DNA of 64,000 nucleotides from Bacillota bacterium. Its GTDB lineage: Bacteria > Vulcanimicrobiota > JAJTBE01. Below are positions 28,364-37,830 of this stretch, in pieces. The position numbers and the translations under genes are program-made. The notes under the pieces were generated by a model. The model worked only from the letters and a program-made list of their open reading frames with translations, had not been told where the DNA came from and made no database searches. Location of the stretch: the NCBI GenBank assembly GCA_021287065.1, contig JAJTBE010000196.1:2539-66538 (forward strand). Reading direction: 5' to 3'. Each line of letters begins with the position of its first letter. The stretch's first letter is position 1.

Positions 28364-30046
28364 TTATCGAGTTGGGGATTCCTGATAGAGGCTTCCTGTT
28401 ATTCTTTGTGCATTTGCCTGCCAGGTATATTGTTTCAGCATTTTTTCCCTTGCGTTTTTACCAAGTTCTGATCTGAGTTTTTCATCTGCTGCCAGTTTTT
28501 CCAGTGCGCGGGCAAAGGGTGCCGATTCATCGATAGCTGTCATCAGGGCATCTTTGCCGTTTACAAAAACATCATTCATCTGTCCGCCTTCGAAACAGAG
28601 AATTGCTTTTCCCGCAGCCATATATTCAAAAATCTTAATGGGAGATGAGTATTCCTTGCCTTTTCCAATGGGCGAAAGAAGAATATCGCAGGCATCCAGA
28701 AATGCAGGGACTTCACCGGGGGGGATTTTTCCGGTTACAAAAACCGATGGATTTTTGCCCACTTCTGAGTCTTCATTCCGGGAAAAAAGTTCTTTTAGGG
28801 CGTTTCTGATAGGTTTCACGGAAATTCCGGCATCAAAAAGTTTTTTAACAAGGGGAGCCAGTTCAGGACCTTCTCCAATAAGAATGAATACAAGCTGAGA
28901 GTTGGCGGGGATGGTCTTTATAATGGCATCGGCAAGAAAATCCACGCCGTGCCAGGGGTAAAAGCTGCCTGAAAATCCTGCGGCGACTCTGTTTTCTATT
29001 CCTGTTTCCCTGCGTATTTCGTCTCCGCCGCATCCGGGTCTGAATTTTTGGGCGTCAGCTCCGTTGGGATTTATAAACACCTTTTCCGGCACTGCTCCTG
29101 CAGCTATTATATCTTCCCTGAGTTTTCCGGAAATGGCGGAAAACCTGTAAGCACCTGAAAGACAGATTTTTTCATAAAGACTTATAAAAAACCGCAGCAA
29201 GCCTCCGGTATTACTCCATCTGCCGCTTTCCCAGCCCAGAAGGGCATTCATTTCAAGAACAAGCGGAATTCCGAGAAAAGCGGAGATTATAACGCCGCTT
29301 ATGCAGTATCTGCCGTGTCTCTGATAAATAAAAGCCGGTTTGATTTTTTTAATTATTCCCATTGCCCTGAATGTAAAAACCATATCAAAAAGCATATCAA
29401 CAATGCCGCCGGTGAGGAGGTTTCTGAACAGCGGCGGAATAATCCGGTATTCCCCTTCCACGCCGTCCATTTTGCCGGGTGAAATTATCACCGGTTTCCA
29501 GCCTGATTTGACAAAACCGCTGAGGGTGCCTTTTACATGGGATGTGGAACCCCTGAAGGTTTCGAGAAGCTGAAGTGAAGGGCAGAGAAAGACGAGGGAT
29601 TTCTCTGTTGGCATTACGGATTGGAATTTACGGTTTTTGACAAACGAAACACCAACCGACGCAGCGCATGTATAAACCAGAGCTGCGGCAGCTACGCAGG
29701 CAGAGAGGAAAACAACGGGAAGAAACATCAGTATCAGGGGGATTAGCCTGAATGGTTTGACAGGGATGATGGAATCTTCGCCTTCGATCCGGATATATTT
29801 TTCTCCAGCGGGAAACCCCAGAAAGAACAGGCTCAGAAGCAATTCCTTGAAATAATTCAGGGGAGGAGTTGATTTTACAACAACAGCGTCAAAGCCGGGT
29901 TTGGATGATTTGCGGAGTTTCAGAAGTTTAGCCGGAGAAAAGGAAAAGCCTCCTGCCGTTTGGAAAGAGGCGCCGGGAAATTTTGCCGTAATACAGGAAT
30001 CCGGAGCGGACGCTGTCTGCCCCGGATGAATATACAATATTTTCAT
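28364..30046 (-). CDS. Membrane-anchored family 1 (GT4-type) glycosyltransferase
   Basis: N-terminal TM region. C-terminal GT1 motifs (FYPWHGVDFL, FVTGKIPPGEVPAFLDACDILLSP, IFEYMAAGKAILC). Confidence 0.75.
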   Translation of the reverse strand: MKILYIHPGQTASAPDSCITAKFPGASFQTAGGFSFSPAKLLKLRKSSKPGFDAVVVKSTPPLNYFKELLLSLFFLGFPAGEKYIRIEGEDSIIPVKPFRLIPLILMFLPVVFLSACVAAAALVYTCAASVGVSFVKNRKFQSVMPTEKSLVFLCPSLQLLETFRGSTSHVKGTLSGFVKSGWKPVIISPGKMDGVEGEYRIIPPLFRNLLTGGIVDMLFDMVFTFRAMGIIKKIKPAFIYQRHGRYCISGVIISAFLGIPLVLEMNALLGWESGRWSNTGGLLRFFISLYEKICLSGAYRFSAISGKLREDIIAAGAVPEKVFINPNGADAQKFRPGCGGDEIRRETGIENRVAAGFSGSFYPWHGVDFLADAIIKTIPANSQLVFILIGEGPELAPLVKKLFDAGISVKPIRNALKELFSRNEDSEVGKNPSVFVTGKIPPGEVPAFLDACDILLSPIGKGKEYSSPIKIFEYMAAGKAILCFEGGQMNDVFVNGKDALMTAIDESAPFARALEKLAADEKLRSELGKNAREKMLKQYTWQANAQRITGSLYQESPTR

Positions 30047-30062
30047 ATAAAATCAGTCGTAA

Positions 30063-30890
30063 TTATCTTTCCGGTAGTCTTGAAGATTCGAATGACAGAA
30101 CCTTCCATAATTCGTATGATGCTACAAGCATCAGGAAAGGACAGACAACAGCAAGCGCTCTCAGCCATACCGGTGAATCCGGACCACCAAATAAAAGCCC
30201 GCCCAGAGCAAAACCCGGATTGATGAAGACGGTAAAAGGTATAAAATCGTGGGCTATTGATGAAATCAAGCCGTCAATGAGGAGTGTTCCCACCAGAAGA
30301 AAGCCTGCAATAAAAGCTGAGCGGGAATGTGCCTTAGCGCTGCTGCCGGATGTCAGCGAACAATACAGTCCAAGCAGAGTAAAGAACAGGATTACGATTA
30401 GATCAAGAATGTAGGTGCCGAATATCTGATGGATCTTCATATTGAGAAGCATTCCCAGTCCGAAGAATACAGGAAAGAATCCGGTCAGCTCCATAAAAAG
30501 CGGATAAAATGCTACGAAAAATTTGCCTTTGAGAATATCTTCCGGAGTCATAAGACTCGACAGAAGAGTCCCGTACGTGCGTTGTTCTCTCTCTGAGGAA
30601 TAAAGGGTAAAGGATGCAGTAATGCTTTTGAACACAAAGTAAAAAAGCTGGAGAAATACAGTGATGGCTACGGCGGTACCTGTGATCTGCTGCCAGTTGT
30701 ATTCCTCGAATACGCTGGCGCCGTTGACTATACACTGAAAAGAACATAAAACAGTAACCGGCAAAATTAAAACAGCAAGGTAACCAACATAACCGGGGAT
30801 CCTGAATTTCTTTTTACTTTCCTGCCGTTTTCTGATGTACAGGTCTTTAATGTAGATTGGGTTATTAAATATTTCTTTTGTAAAAGACAT
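30063..30890 (-). CDS. Polytopic membrane protein, possibly an ABC-2-type permease-like protein (paralogue A)
   Basis: Start set at MSFTKEIFNNPIYIKDLYIRKRQ, which is preceded by AGGAGGT. The ORF track extends to 30935. About 6 TM helices. Roughly 60% identity to the next gene. Confidence 0.55.
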   Translation of the reverse strand: MSFTKEIFNNPIYIKDLYIRKRQESKKKFRIPGYVGYLAVLILPVTVLCSFQCIVNGASVFEEYNWQQITGTAVAITVFLQLFYFVFKSITASFTLYSSEREQRTYGTLLSSLMTPEDILKGKFFVAFYPLFMELTGFFPVFFGLGMLLNMKIHQIFGTYILDLIVILFFTLLGLYCSLTSGSSAKAHSRSAFIAGFLLVGTLLIDGLISSIAHDFIPFTVFINPGFALGGLLFGGPDSPVWLRALAVVCPFLMLVASYELWKVLSFESSRLPER

Positions 30891-31040
30891 ATACCGGTAC
30901 CTCCTGATTTCTGCCGGCTTAGCCCGGTGGAGCACCTATCCTCTATACTATTATACGATCTTGAAGGTTATTTTACAACATGCACCGGGGATTATCCCCA
31001 TGAATTAAGGCATGGATTCATCCGAACGCTCACGAGAATT

Positions 31041-31067
31041 ATGTCCGTTTGCCCAGCTCCCGGAGAA
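31041..31067. repeat. 27-nt fragment matching the 5' module of the dispersed repeat, part of a perfect 13-bp-stem hairpin
   Basis: gtttgcccagctcccggagaaaacttt is identical to 21137-21163. Here ctcccggagaaaa/ttttccgggag form an inverted repeat overlapping the stop of the gene at 31081. Confidence 0.6.
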
Positions 31068-31080
31068 AACTTTTACAGTA

Positions 31081-31911
31081 TCATTTTTCCGGGAGTCTTG
31101 ATGTTTCAAATGAGAGAACTTTCCACAATTCCAGAGATCCGAGAAGCATAAGGAAAGGACAGACAAAGACCACAGCCCTGAACCAAAAAGGCAAAGCCGG
31201 ACTGTAATAAAGAAGTCCCCCCAGGGCAACACCGGGATTGATGAAAACCGTAACCGGGACAGAAGTTCCCTGAGATACGGAAGCTATAAGCCCGTCAACA
31301 AGCAGAGTGCCAACCATTATGAAACCTGCGATAAAAACCGCTCTTGAGTGGGCTTTTGAACTGTTATTGGAGATCATAGAGCAGTAGAGTCCAATCAGCG
31401 TAAAGAAAATTATTACGATAAGATTCAGAAAATACGAACCGACTATCTGGTAAACATTCAGTTTCAGCAATATTCCCATAATTGCAAACAGTGGAAAAAA
31501 GCAGGTCAATTCCATAAACAGGGGATAAAACGAAACAAAAAACTTACCTTTGAGAATATCTTCAGGAAGCATCAGGCTGGAAAGAAGGGAGCCATAGGTG
31601 CGCATTTCTTTTTCAGATGAATAGGAAGTGAAAGATGAGGTAACGCTTTTGAAAACAAAATAGAGAAGCTGAAGAAACATTGTGATAGCCAGAGCTGTAT
31701 AGGAGATACCTTCCCAGGCGCTGCCATCAAATGATGGTGCTCCGTGGAGAGCGTAACGGAAAGTGGAGAGAATAATCAGAGGTGAAAATAAAATAGCCAG
31801 ATAACCTGCCTGAGAAGGTATCCTGAGCTTTTTTTTACTTTCCTGTCTTTTTTTTATATACATCGCTTTGATGTAAATGGGATTTTTTAACAGATTATTT
31901 AAAAACGACAT
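31081..31911 (-). CDS. Polytopic membrane protein, paralogue B of 30063-30890
   Basis: Start set at MSFLNNLLKNPIYIKAMYIKKRQ, preceded by GGGAGGT in the same context as paralogue A. The track extends to 31998. Confidence 0.55.
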   Translation of the reverse strand: MSFLNNLLKNPIYIKAMYIKKRQESKKKLRIPSQAGYLAILFSPLIILSTFRYALHGAPSFDGSAWEGISYTALAITMFLQLLYFVFKSVTSSFTSYSSEKEMRTYGSLLSSLMLPEDILKGKFFVSFYPLFMELTCFFPLFAIMGILLKLNVYQIVGSYFLNLIVIIFFTLIGLYCSMISNNSSKAHSRAVFIAGFIMVGTLLVDGLIASVSQGTSVPVTVFINPGVALGGLLYYSPALPFWFRAVVFVCPFLMLLGSLELWKVLSFETSRLPEK

Positions 31912-32062
31912 ATCCCGGTACCTCCCGATTATCAGAGGAATTATGCCGGTACCTGCACCCGGGCAATTAATAAAGCTTACTTTATTTAAACCCGGCATAA
32001 CTCCTTTGTATAATCTTAAACACCGGACAAACCGAATTGTTCAGAAAATTTCATGGCAATTT

Positions 32063-33484
32063 TCAGATTTTTTTCAGTTCTTTTTCCAGTTCTTTCTTAT
32101 CCTTAGGCGTCCAGCGGGGACCTTTGAGTTTGCGGAGCATTTCCATTGCCTGTTCTCTTGAAATGCCCTGTTTTTCCTCATATTGTTTCCAGAATCCGTC
32201 CCACCATCCCGGAGGTTCAACTTTTGATCCGTCATATTCGGTGGGGCGTTTGGTATCGCCTTCCGTCACAAGGCTTCCCACATAGTCGGCATTCTGATAA
32301 ACCTTCTGAATCTGGCTTGCGATGGAAGTTACATCATTGTCTGTAACAACGCCATTATCAGTGGCTTTGTAGAACTGAATTGTTACCCTCACAGGGTATC
32401 TGTCATCTCTTTCGATAGCGAGGCCGTCGATTTCCGTATAGGGTCCCTCAACCTTGCCGTGGCCGATTACTGCATTTTCAACTCTGCTTCTTGCTGAAGG
32501 AGCAGCATCAGATTTTGATTCTTCACAGGGAGCTGCAGAGGGGCAGGGCGGAGGAATGGGCATTTCCTTATGCTTGAGGGGAATCTGGATAAGAAGGACC
32601 ATATTCAGCCCCTCGGTATTCTTTTTATTTGCCGGTTTATTCTTACTGTTTGGCGATTTTGTGGTTTTGTCAGCCTGTTCAGCCAGAAAATCACTCAGTC
32701 TCTTACCGGTTAGGCTTGTTCTTTTTCCGTTGAGGTTGAAGAAAAGCCTCTGTCCCCAGGTTCCGCCCGCTTCGAATGCATCCCGTTTATTGTCGATAAT
32801 AGTAGTGCTGGTTCCCTCTCTTGTTACAAGAACGGTAAGAACAGCGGGGTTCTTTTCATAAGACTGATAATTGAAAAGGACGGGGTTAAACTGTGCTATT
32901 CCCTTTTGCGGTATGGGGAGAAAACATGCCTGGGCGCTGACGAGAACATGGGTGTCTCTTTTGGCAAGAAGGGATCTTTTTGTGCCTTTCCACGATTCGG
33001 GTTTGCTGAGGTAAAGGCGGGGATCTTCAAGGAACTGTTTGAGATTGATTTTTTTGAGTGTTTTGCCTTTTTCGTTGCCTACGAGCATAAAGAATTTTTC
33101 CGGTTTAATATCACATGATTTGTCTGAAAAATTAGGAAAACGAATAACGGGCATACAGAAGAGCTGATATTTTTCAGTGGCAGGATCCTGAAGCTGGACT
33201 TGTATGGTCATGTCGCTGATATTGGGTCCCACTGATGAGCCTTTGTATCTGCCGGTATCTTCCCAGGTAACATTGAGAACATTGAGTCCGTGCTTAGATG
33301 CAAGCTGGGTTACGGAATTGTCATATACCATATTGACGGTTTTTTCGATAACCTGTTTGTATGCATTATATGCCTTCATTTTTTTCGAAGGTGCCGGTTT
33401 AACATCCTGTTCTCCCACAGCCCATCCGGCGCATACAAGAGCAAACATTACAATAGCCGCCACAGTTGCTATAATGTTTTTCAT
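32063..33484 (-). CDS. Hypothetical secreted protein
   Basis: Signal peptide MKNIIATVAAIVMFALVCAGWAVG. 473 aa. No domain recognised. Confidence 0.5.
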   Translation of the reverse strand: MKNIIATVAAIVMFALVCAGWAVGEQDVKPAPSKKMKAYNAYKQVIEKTVNMVYDNSVTQLASKHGLNVLNVTWEDTGRYKGSSVGPNISDMTIQVQLQDPATEKYQLFCMPVIRFPNFSDKSCDIKPEKFFMLVGNEKGKTLKKINLKQFLEDPRLYLSKPESWKGTKRSLLAKRDTHVLVSAQACFLPIPQKGIAQFNPVLFNYQSYEKNPAVLTVLVTREGTSTTIIDNKRDAFEAGGTWGQRLFFNLNGKRTSLTGKRLSDFLAEQADKTTKSPNSKNKPANKKNTEGLNMVLLIQIPLKHKEMPIPPPCPSAAPCEESKSDAAPSARSRVENAVIGHGKVEGPYTEIDGLAIERDDRYPVRVTIQFYKATDNGVVTDNDVTSIASQIQKVYQNADYVGSLVTEGDTKRPTEYDGSKVEPPGWWDGFWKQYEEKQGISREQAMEMLRKLKGPRWTPKDKKELEKELKKI

Positions 33485-33648
33485 AGTTTTTCCTCCGTTT
33501 GTATTTTTTCGGGTTTCAGAATAGTTATACCAGAATTGGGAAGTTTTATTTCATTACATTTATTAACTTTTTGGTAACATTTTTCTGATTGTATCATGCA
33601 GCATTGTCTGTTATAATACAATTGATCAAATAGAAGGGTAGTGGGGAA

Positions 33649-34692
33649 ATGATAAACAGAATTCCATCACTGGATGTATCAGGGCTGCAGCCCGCACCTC
33701 AGATTAAGGGGTCAGCTTCCCCGGTTATAAAAGAAGAAGCTGATCCCAAAGACGCAGTTATACTCACCGGCTCAAAACCACGGGCGGGGCTGAAAGCTTC
33801 GATTGACAGCCTGCCTGAAATCATTGCGGGCCGAATCGAAGAAAAAGAAGCAAAATCCTCAGTATTAAATACAGAAACAACCTCAGTTAAACACGAAAAA
33901 CCTCCAGCTGTACTCACACAGATGGAAGAGTCACCCTCAATAAGCGAGCTGCTTGGCAGCGATCCTATCACAGTTTTATCCGCAAAGCCTAAGGTAGAAG
34001 GCGGTATTGATGTGGGTCCTTTTGAAAAGAAGCTTCAGGAAGAACTCGGAAGCCTCTCCCGCATTCAGAACCCCTGGGACATAAACGGCCTTCAGGGAAA
34101 AGTAGCCTCAATACAGGAGCTTAACGACACATTTGCGGAAATCACAGCAGACAAATCCATTCCTTACGAGTTTCTTCCGGACGGCTGTTATGCCAGAGCG
34201 CATACCGCCGCACAGAAATATCTCGACAAAGGCATAAACTGCGCAAAACTCTATGTTATGCTTGATAATATAGACTGGAACAATCCTTCAGGATTCCCGG
34301 ATGAAAGATTCAGAGCGGAAAATAAATTCACCAAAGGCGAATGGTGGTATCATGTGGCTCCCGTAGTATTTGCAAAAGACGAATCGGGAAACACAGAAGG
34401 ATATGTAATTGATCCTGCGGTGAACAAAGATCGCCCTATAAAAGCTTCGGAATGGATAAAAGCTTTCTGGACTGAAGATTTTAAGGTTGTTTTTGACACA
34501 ACCCACGCAGATATTTACGAACCTCAGCTTGAAGATTTTACAAACAACCAGCCCAGGGAATTTTCGCAGAAGGAATTTGACAAGTGGATGCCTGAAGCTT
34601 TGAAAACCAACAAAGAATACGGCGCAGAGCTGAAGCAGATTAAGGATAGTTATTACGCCCACCATCCGGAGGAAAAACCGGACAGAGCGTGA
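33649..34692 (+). CDS. Protein-glutamine glutaminase (PG)-like Cys-His-Asp deamidase domain protein with an N-terminal ~190-aa extension
   Basis: LPDGCYARAH and WYHVAPVVFAKDESGNTEGYVIDPAV match my memory of the Chryseobacterium protein-glutaminase catalytic region (PVDGCYARAH ... SYHVAVLV ... IIDPSL), which carries the Cys/His/Asp triad. No signal peptide. N-terminus MINRIPSLDV. Confidence 0.6.
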   Translation: MINRIPSLDVSGLQPAPQIKGSASPVIKEEADPKDAVILTGSKPRAGLKASIDSLPEIIAGRIEEKEAKSSVLNTETTSVKHEKPPAVLTQMEESPSISELLGSDPITVLSAKPKVEGGIDVGPFEKKLQEELGSLSRIQNPWDINGLQGKVASIQELNDTFAEITADKSIPYEFLPDGCYARAHTAAQKYLDKGINCAKLYVMLDNIDWNNPSGFPDERFRAENKFTKGEWWYHVAPVVFAKDESGNTEGYVIDPAVNKDRPIKASEWIKAFWTEDFKVVFDTTHADIYEPQLEDFTNNQPREFSQKEFDKWMPEALKTNKEYGAELKQIKDSYYAHHPEEKPDRA

Positions 34693-34709
34693 TTATGGGA
34701 TAAAACCTC

Positions 34710-34950
34710 AGAGGAAAGCTTGTTTTTTAAAAACAGGTTTTCCTCCGAGCCTCCGAACATCCGTGCCAAAACTTTGGAATTGGGGGACCGACCGGGGGGA
34801 TTTGGACCGACGGGGGTTTGGGGACCGTCAGAGGGAACCACGCTTTTTTAAAAAAGCGAGGTTGCCCTCCGAACCTCCCTCCTTGAAAAACAAGAGTAAG
34901 GGGCTGGGGGATTGGAGTGGTTATTGCTAATTCAATGGCATTGGGGTTAG
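34710..34950. repeat. Dispersed intergenic repeat element, copy 2
   Basis: Aligns with copy 1 over the hairpin module and the ~170-nt core. Confidence 0.8.
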
Positions 34951-35056
34951 ATTTGGTTTTTGTTGTGGGTTTGGCGGCAAAGCAAAGTTAGACAGTTAGA
35001 CAGCAAAGCTGAAGCTTTGCGCTACGGGGATGTAATACAGGGTTGGTGCAGGGTTT

Positions 35057-35320
35057 GTGGAAAAATTGGTACAGGAGATGGGTTTAATGTCTGAAACAGG
35101 AACAATTCAGTTTGAGGATCGGGTTCGAGCCGTTGGGGAAAAGCCCGGGGATGGATTTCATACGGTTATTTTCAACAGGCATTCTGCCTTTTACAAAATT
35201 GATTCGTCAAAAACCGGAGATATCAGTATTCTTGAGCAGGCAAAAGACGACAGAAAGCCCATTCTGATTGAATGCAGTCCGTCGTCCCTTGAAATTATAA
35301 GTGTGAAGGAACTGGATTAG
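35057..35320 (+). CDS. Small hypothetical protein
   Basis: 87-aa ORF. An internal ATG (MSETG) has an AGGAG upstream. No homology recognised. Confidence 0.3.
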   Translation: MEKLVQEMGLMSETGTIQFEDRVRAVGEKPGDGFHTVIFNRHSAFYKIDSSKTGDISILEQAKDDRKPILIECSPSSLEIISVKELD

Positions 35321-35325
35321 ATTCA

Positions 35326-36171
35326 CTAACCCAGTTCAAATGATGTTATTCCGAATATCTTATCTATAGGCAGAAAATCGGTTTTTTCCGAATACATTCT
35401 TGCTGTTTCAAAAACGATCTTCATATTGTATTTCTTCGCGAGATTTACAGCTTCACTGTTAATAAGAGGCACATCGAGGTAGATCCTCTCACCTGCTGCT
35501 ACACCCGACAGAGCTTTGAAAAGATTATCCGCAATATCCTGATTATCTGCAAACAGGGGTCCGATTTTGTATCCTTCCCTGCATTTTCTGATAACTCCGT
35601 AACCTGAGATTTCCCCTTTATCAAGAGTTCCAAAAGCGGCACCATCAGGCTGGTTTATCCATCTTTTAAGAAACTCCGGACGGGGTGCGGAGAACATACG
35701 GGTATCATACTCAGCTATTTCTTCAAAAGGAATATCAGACAGCTCAACAACTCCGCTGAATCCTGATTTTTCAGCTATTCCTTCATAACGGGCGTTTTTG
35801 TATGCGTATGAAAAACCAAGGCGGGAATAATTGTCAACTCTCTCAAGGACGCCATCAAGACCTACATTGCAGCCCTGAAGATGGCGGGATGCAGCTTTGG
35901 CAAGGTGGAATGCAGTCCAGCTTCTCCGCTGATCCGGTTTTATGATGAAAAGCCCGATGAAACCGAAGATTCCACTATAAGAAACAGCAGAAATGGTCCC
36001 TATAGGTTCATCGCCTATCCGGGCTATGAAAAAGCCATTGTGATCCGCTTCGTAAAAGCACTCGGCATCGTGAAGTCCGGGATTCCATCCTTCACCGGCA
36101 GCCCAGTCTATAGCCATTTCCAGATCTTTATGAGTCATTTTGCTGATGCAAATCTTTTCCTGAGTCTGCAT
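35326..36171 (-). CDS. GNAT family N-acetyltransferase (two-domain)
   Basis: FGFIGLFIIKPDQRRSWTAFHLAKAA acetyl-CoA-binding-like motif. 281 aa. Confidence 0.6.
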   Translation of the reverse strand: MQTQEKICISKMTHKDLEMAIDWAAGEGWNPGLHDAECFYEADHNGFFIARIGDEPIGTISAVSYSGIFGFIGLFIIKPDQRRSWTAFHLAKAASRHLQGCNVGLDGVLERVDNYSRLGFSYAYKNARYEGIAEKSGFSGVVELSDIPFEEIAEYDTRMFSAPRPEFLKRWINQPDGAAFGTLDKGEISGYGVIRKCREGYKIGPLFADNQDIADNLFKALSGVAAGERIYLDVPLINSEAVNLAKKYNMKIVFETARMYSEKTDFLPIDKIFGITSFELG

Positions 36172-36192
36172 TAGTGTCCTCCTGAAAGGTTT

Positions 36193-36516
36193 TTAGTTCT
36201 GTTTTCCTGATTTTGCCTTTTCTTCTGCTACCGCTTTTTCCAGATCTTTTATCTCGTTTTCCAGTTTTTCGATGGTCGGTATATTATCGCCGATATCTTT
36301 GATATTTTTCTCGATCTTTTTGACTTCGCCCATTACAAGATCGTATTTGTCCTTAATGATTTTGTTCTCCTGTTGTCTAAGTTGAAGTTCAGCTTCAAGG
36401 GTGATTATCTGTTTCTGAAGCTCTGCGGCTTTTGAAGCGTTGTTTGCTTCCTCACATCCGGAGGAGGCAAAAATCAGAAACAAAGCTGCAAAAAGCACAC
36501 AAATGAATCTTTTCAT
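36193..36516 (-). CDS. Coiled-coil lipoprotein (paralogue 1)
   Basis: Signal peptide plus a lipobox-like ASSGC. Heptad-rich (ELQKQIITLEAELQLRQQENK). Confidence 0.5.
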   Translation of the reverse strand: MKRFICVLFAALFLIFASSGCEEANNASKAAELQKQIITLEAELQLRQQENKIIKDKYDLVMGEVKKIEKNIKDIGDNIPTIEKLENEIKDLEKAVAEEKAKSGKQN

Positions 36517-36534
36517 ATTTTTGTTCCTCCGTTC

Positions 36535-36885
36535 TTATTTCGATTCCGGGGGATTTTTGCCTTCACCGGCGGGTGATTTGGCATTTTGTTCCCTCAGTGT
36601 TTTCAGTTCCTGTTCCAGTCTGTTTTTCTTCTCAAGGAGAAATGGCAGATCTTTCACTTTATTTTTTTCATTATCAAGCTGATCTTTCATTTTCTGAAGA
36701 AGTTTGGGAGTGCTGAGCATTTCATTCTTCATCCGCTCACTGTCATTCTGAAGTTTTGATACTTCTGATTTCAGAGTTTCGACACGTTTTTCCATTGTTC
36801 TGATTTTTGAATTGGAAAGGGAATCGCATCCTGTAAAAGCAAAAGCTGCGATTAAAATCAGAAACAGAACCCTGATTTTATTCAT
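36535..36885 (-). CDS. Coiled-coil lipoprotein (paralogue 2)
   Basis: Signal peptide plus AFTGC lipobox. Same architecture as its neighbour. Confidence 0.5.
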   Translation of the reverse strand: MNKIRVLFLILIAAFAFTGCDSLSNSKIRTMEKRVETLKSEVSKLQNDSERMKNEMLSTPKLLQKMKDQLDNEKNKVKDLPFLLEKKNRLEQELKTLREQNAKSPAGEGKNPPESK

Positions 36886-37690
36886 TTTTCAATTCCTTTT
36901 CGATTGTATTCCTTACTGCCTGAACAAGAAGACCGGGGTAAAAATCGGTATTTCCACTGAAATGTTCACTGAAGATTTCAAGCATACCGAGGCAGTATGC
37001 AGGGGTTTCGAGGGTAAGAAGGTGGTTTATCCTTTCCCCTATAGTTGTATAAGCCTGTTCAAATCTTCTCAGAGGGCTTATATTGTCGAGGGCTTCAGGA
37101 TCATCAGGCTGGATATGTTTTGCAGTCAGTTTGATGAAGTGGTTGAGTCCGTGAACTTTTGCAAATTCGAAACCACTGATTTTTTCGCCTCTGAAATGTC
37201 TGCCTGCTCCAACGAGAAGATTGGTGAGAAACTGTCCTGCAAGGTATCGGGATCCTGCCACATTGCTGGCGCTCCAGCGGTTTGTTTCCCCTATAACCCT
37301 GTCCACTCTCTCCCTTATATCCGCCTTGTCTATCAGCAGGCTGCAGCTATTGATTCTTGCAAGGAAAAGCTCATCGGGGCTGAACACGGCAAATTCAAGG
37401 AGGTGGCCTGTATCGTAAATAACTTTAACTCCATGTTCCGTTTCCTGAAAGCTGAATACGATTTTTTCATTGTCAGGAATCCAGTCGGTATTTTGTCTGT
37501 ATCTGTCCTGCATGCCTTCTTCCGTAATAACGAAAAAGTCATGATCGGACCATTTATCAGGAAGCCTTCCGTCCTCGGCCATAGAGCCGACGGCTACAAA
37601 TCCGAGTATGTGGGGATGATTGTTAAGATTTTCACTAAGTCTGCGGGTAAAATCCCTGAATTGTGAAAGCTGCATTGAAAAACTCCTCAT
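36878..37690 (-). CDS. Nucleotidyltransferase-fold protein, ANT(6)/lincosamide-NTase-like
   Basis: VGSMAEDGRLPDKWSDHDFFVI (GS..x..DxD). 270 aa. Confidence 0.45.
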   Translation of the reverse strand: MRSFSMQLSQFRDFTRRLSENLNNHPHILGFVAVGSMAEDGRLPDKWSDHDFFVITEEGMQDRYRQNTDWIPDNEKIVFSFQETEHGVKVIYDTGHLLEFAVFSPDELFLARINSCSLLIDKADIRERVDRVIGETNRWSASNVAGSRYLAGQFLTNLLVGAGRHFRGEKISGFEFAKVHGLNHFIKLTAKHIQPDDPEALDNISPLRRFEQAYTTIGERINHLLTLETPAYCLGMLEIFSEHFSGNTDFYPGLLVQAVRNTIEKELKNE

Positions 37691-37830
37691 AATGGCGTTA
37701 TAGGTTTTTTGGACAGATTCAATGGTTTATCCTGCCCTGACAGGTTTTAATAAAACAAAGAGGCTGTCCAAAAAGTTGATAAAAATGATTTACTTACCTT
37801 TTGGACAGCCTCTTTTGAAATATTCGCAAA

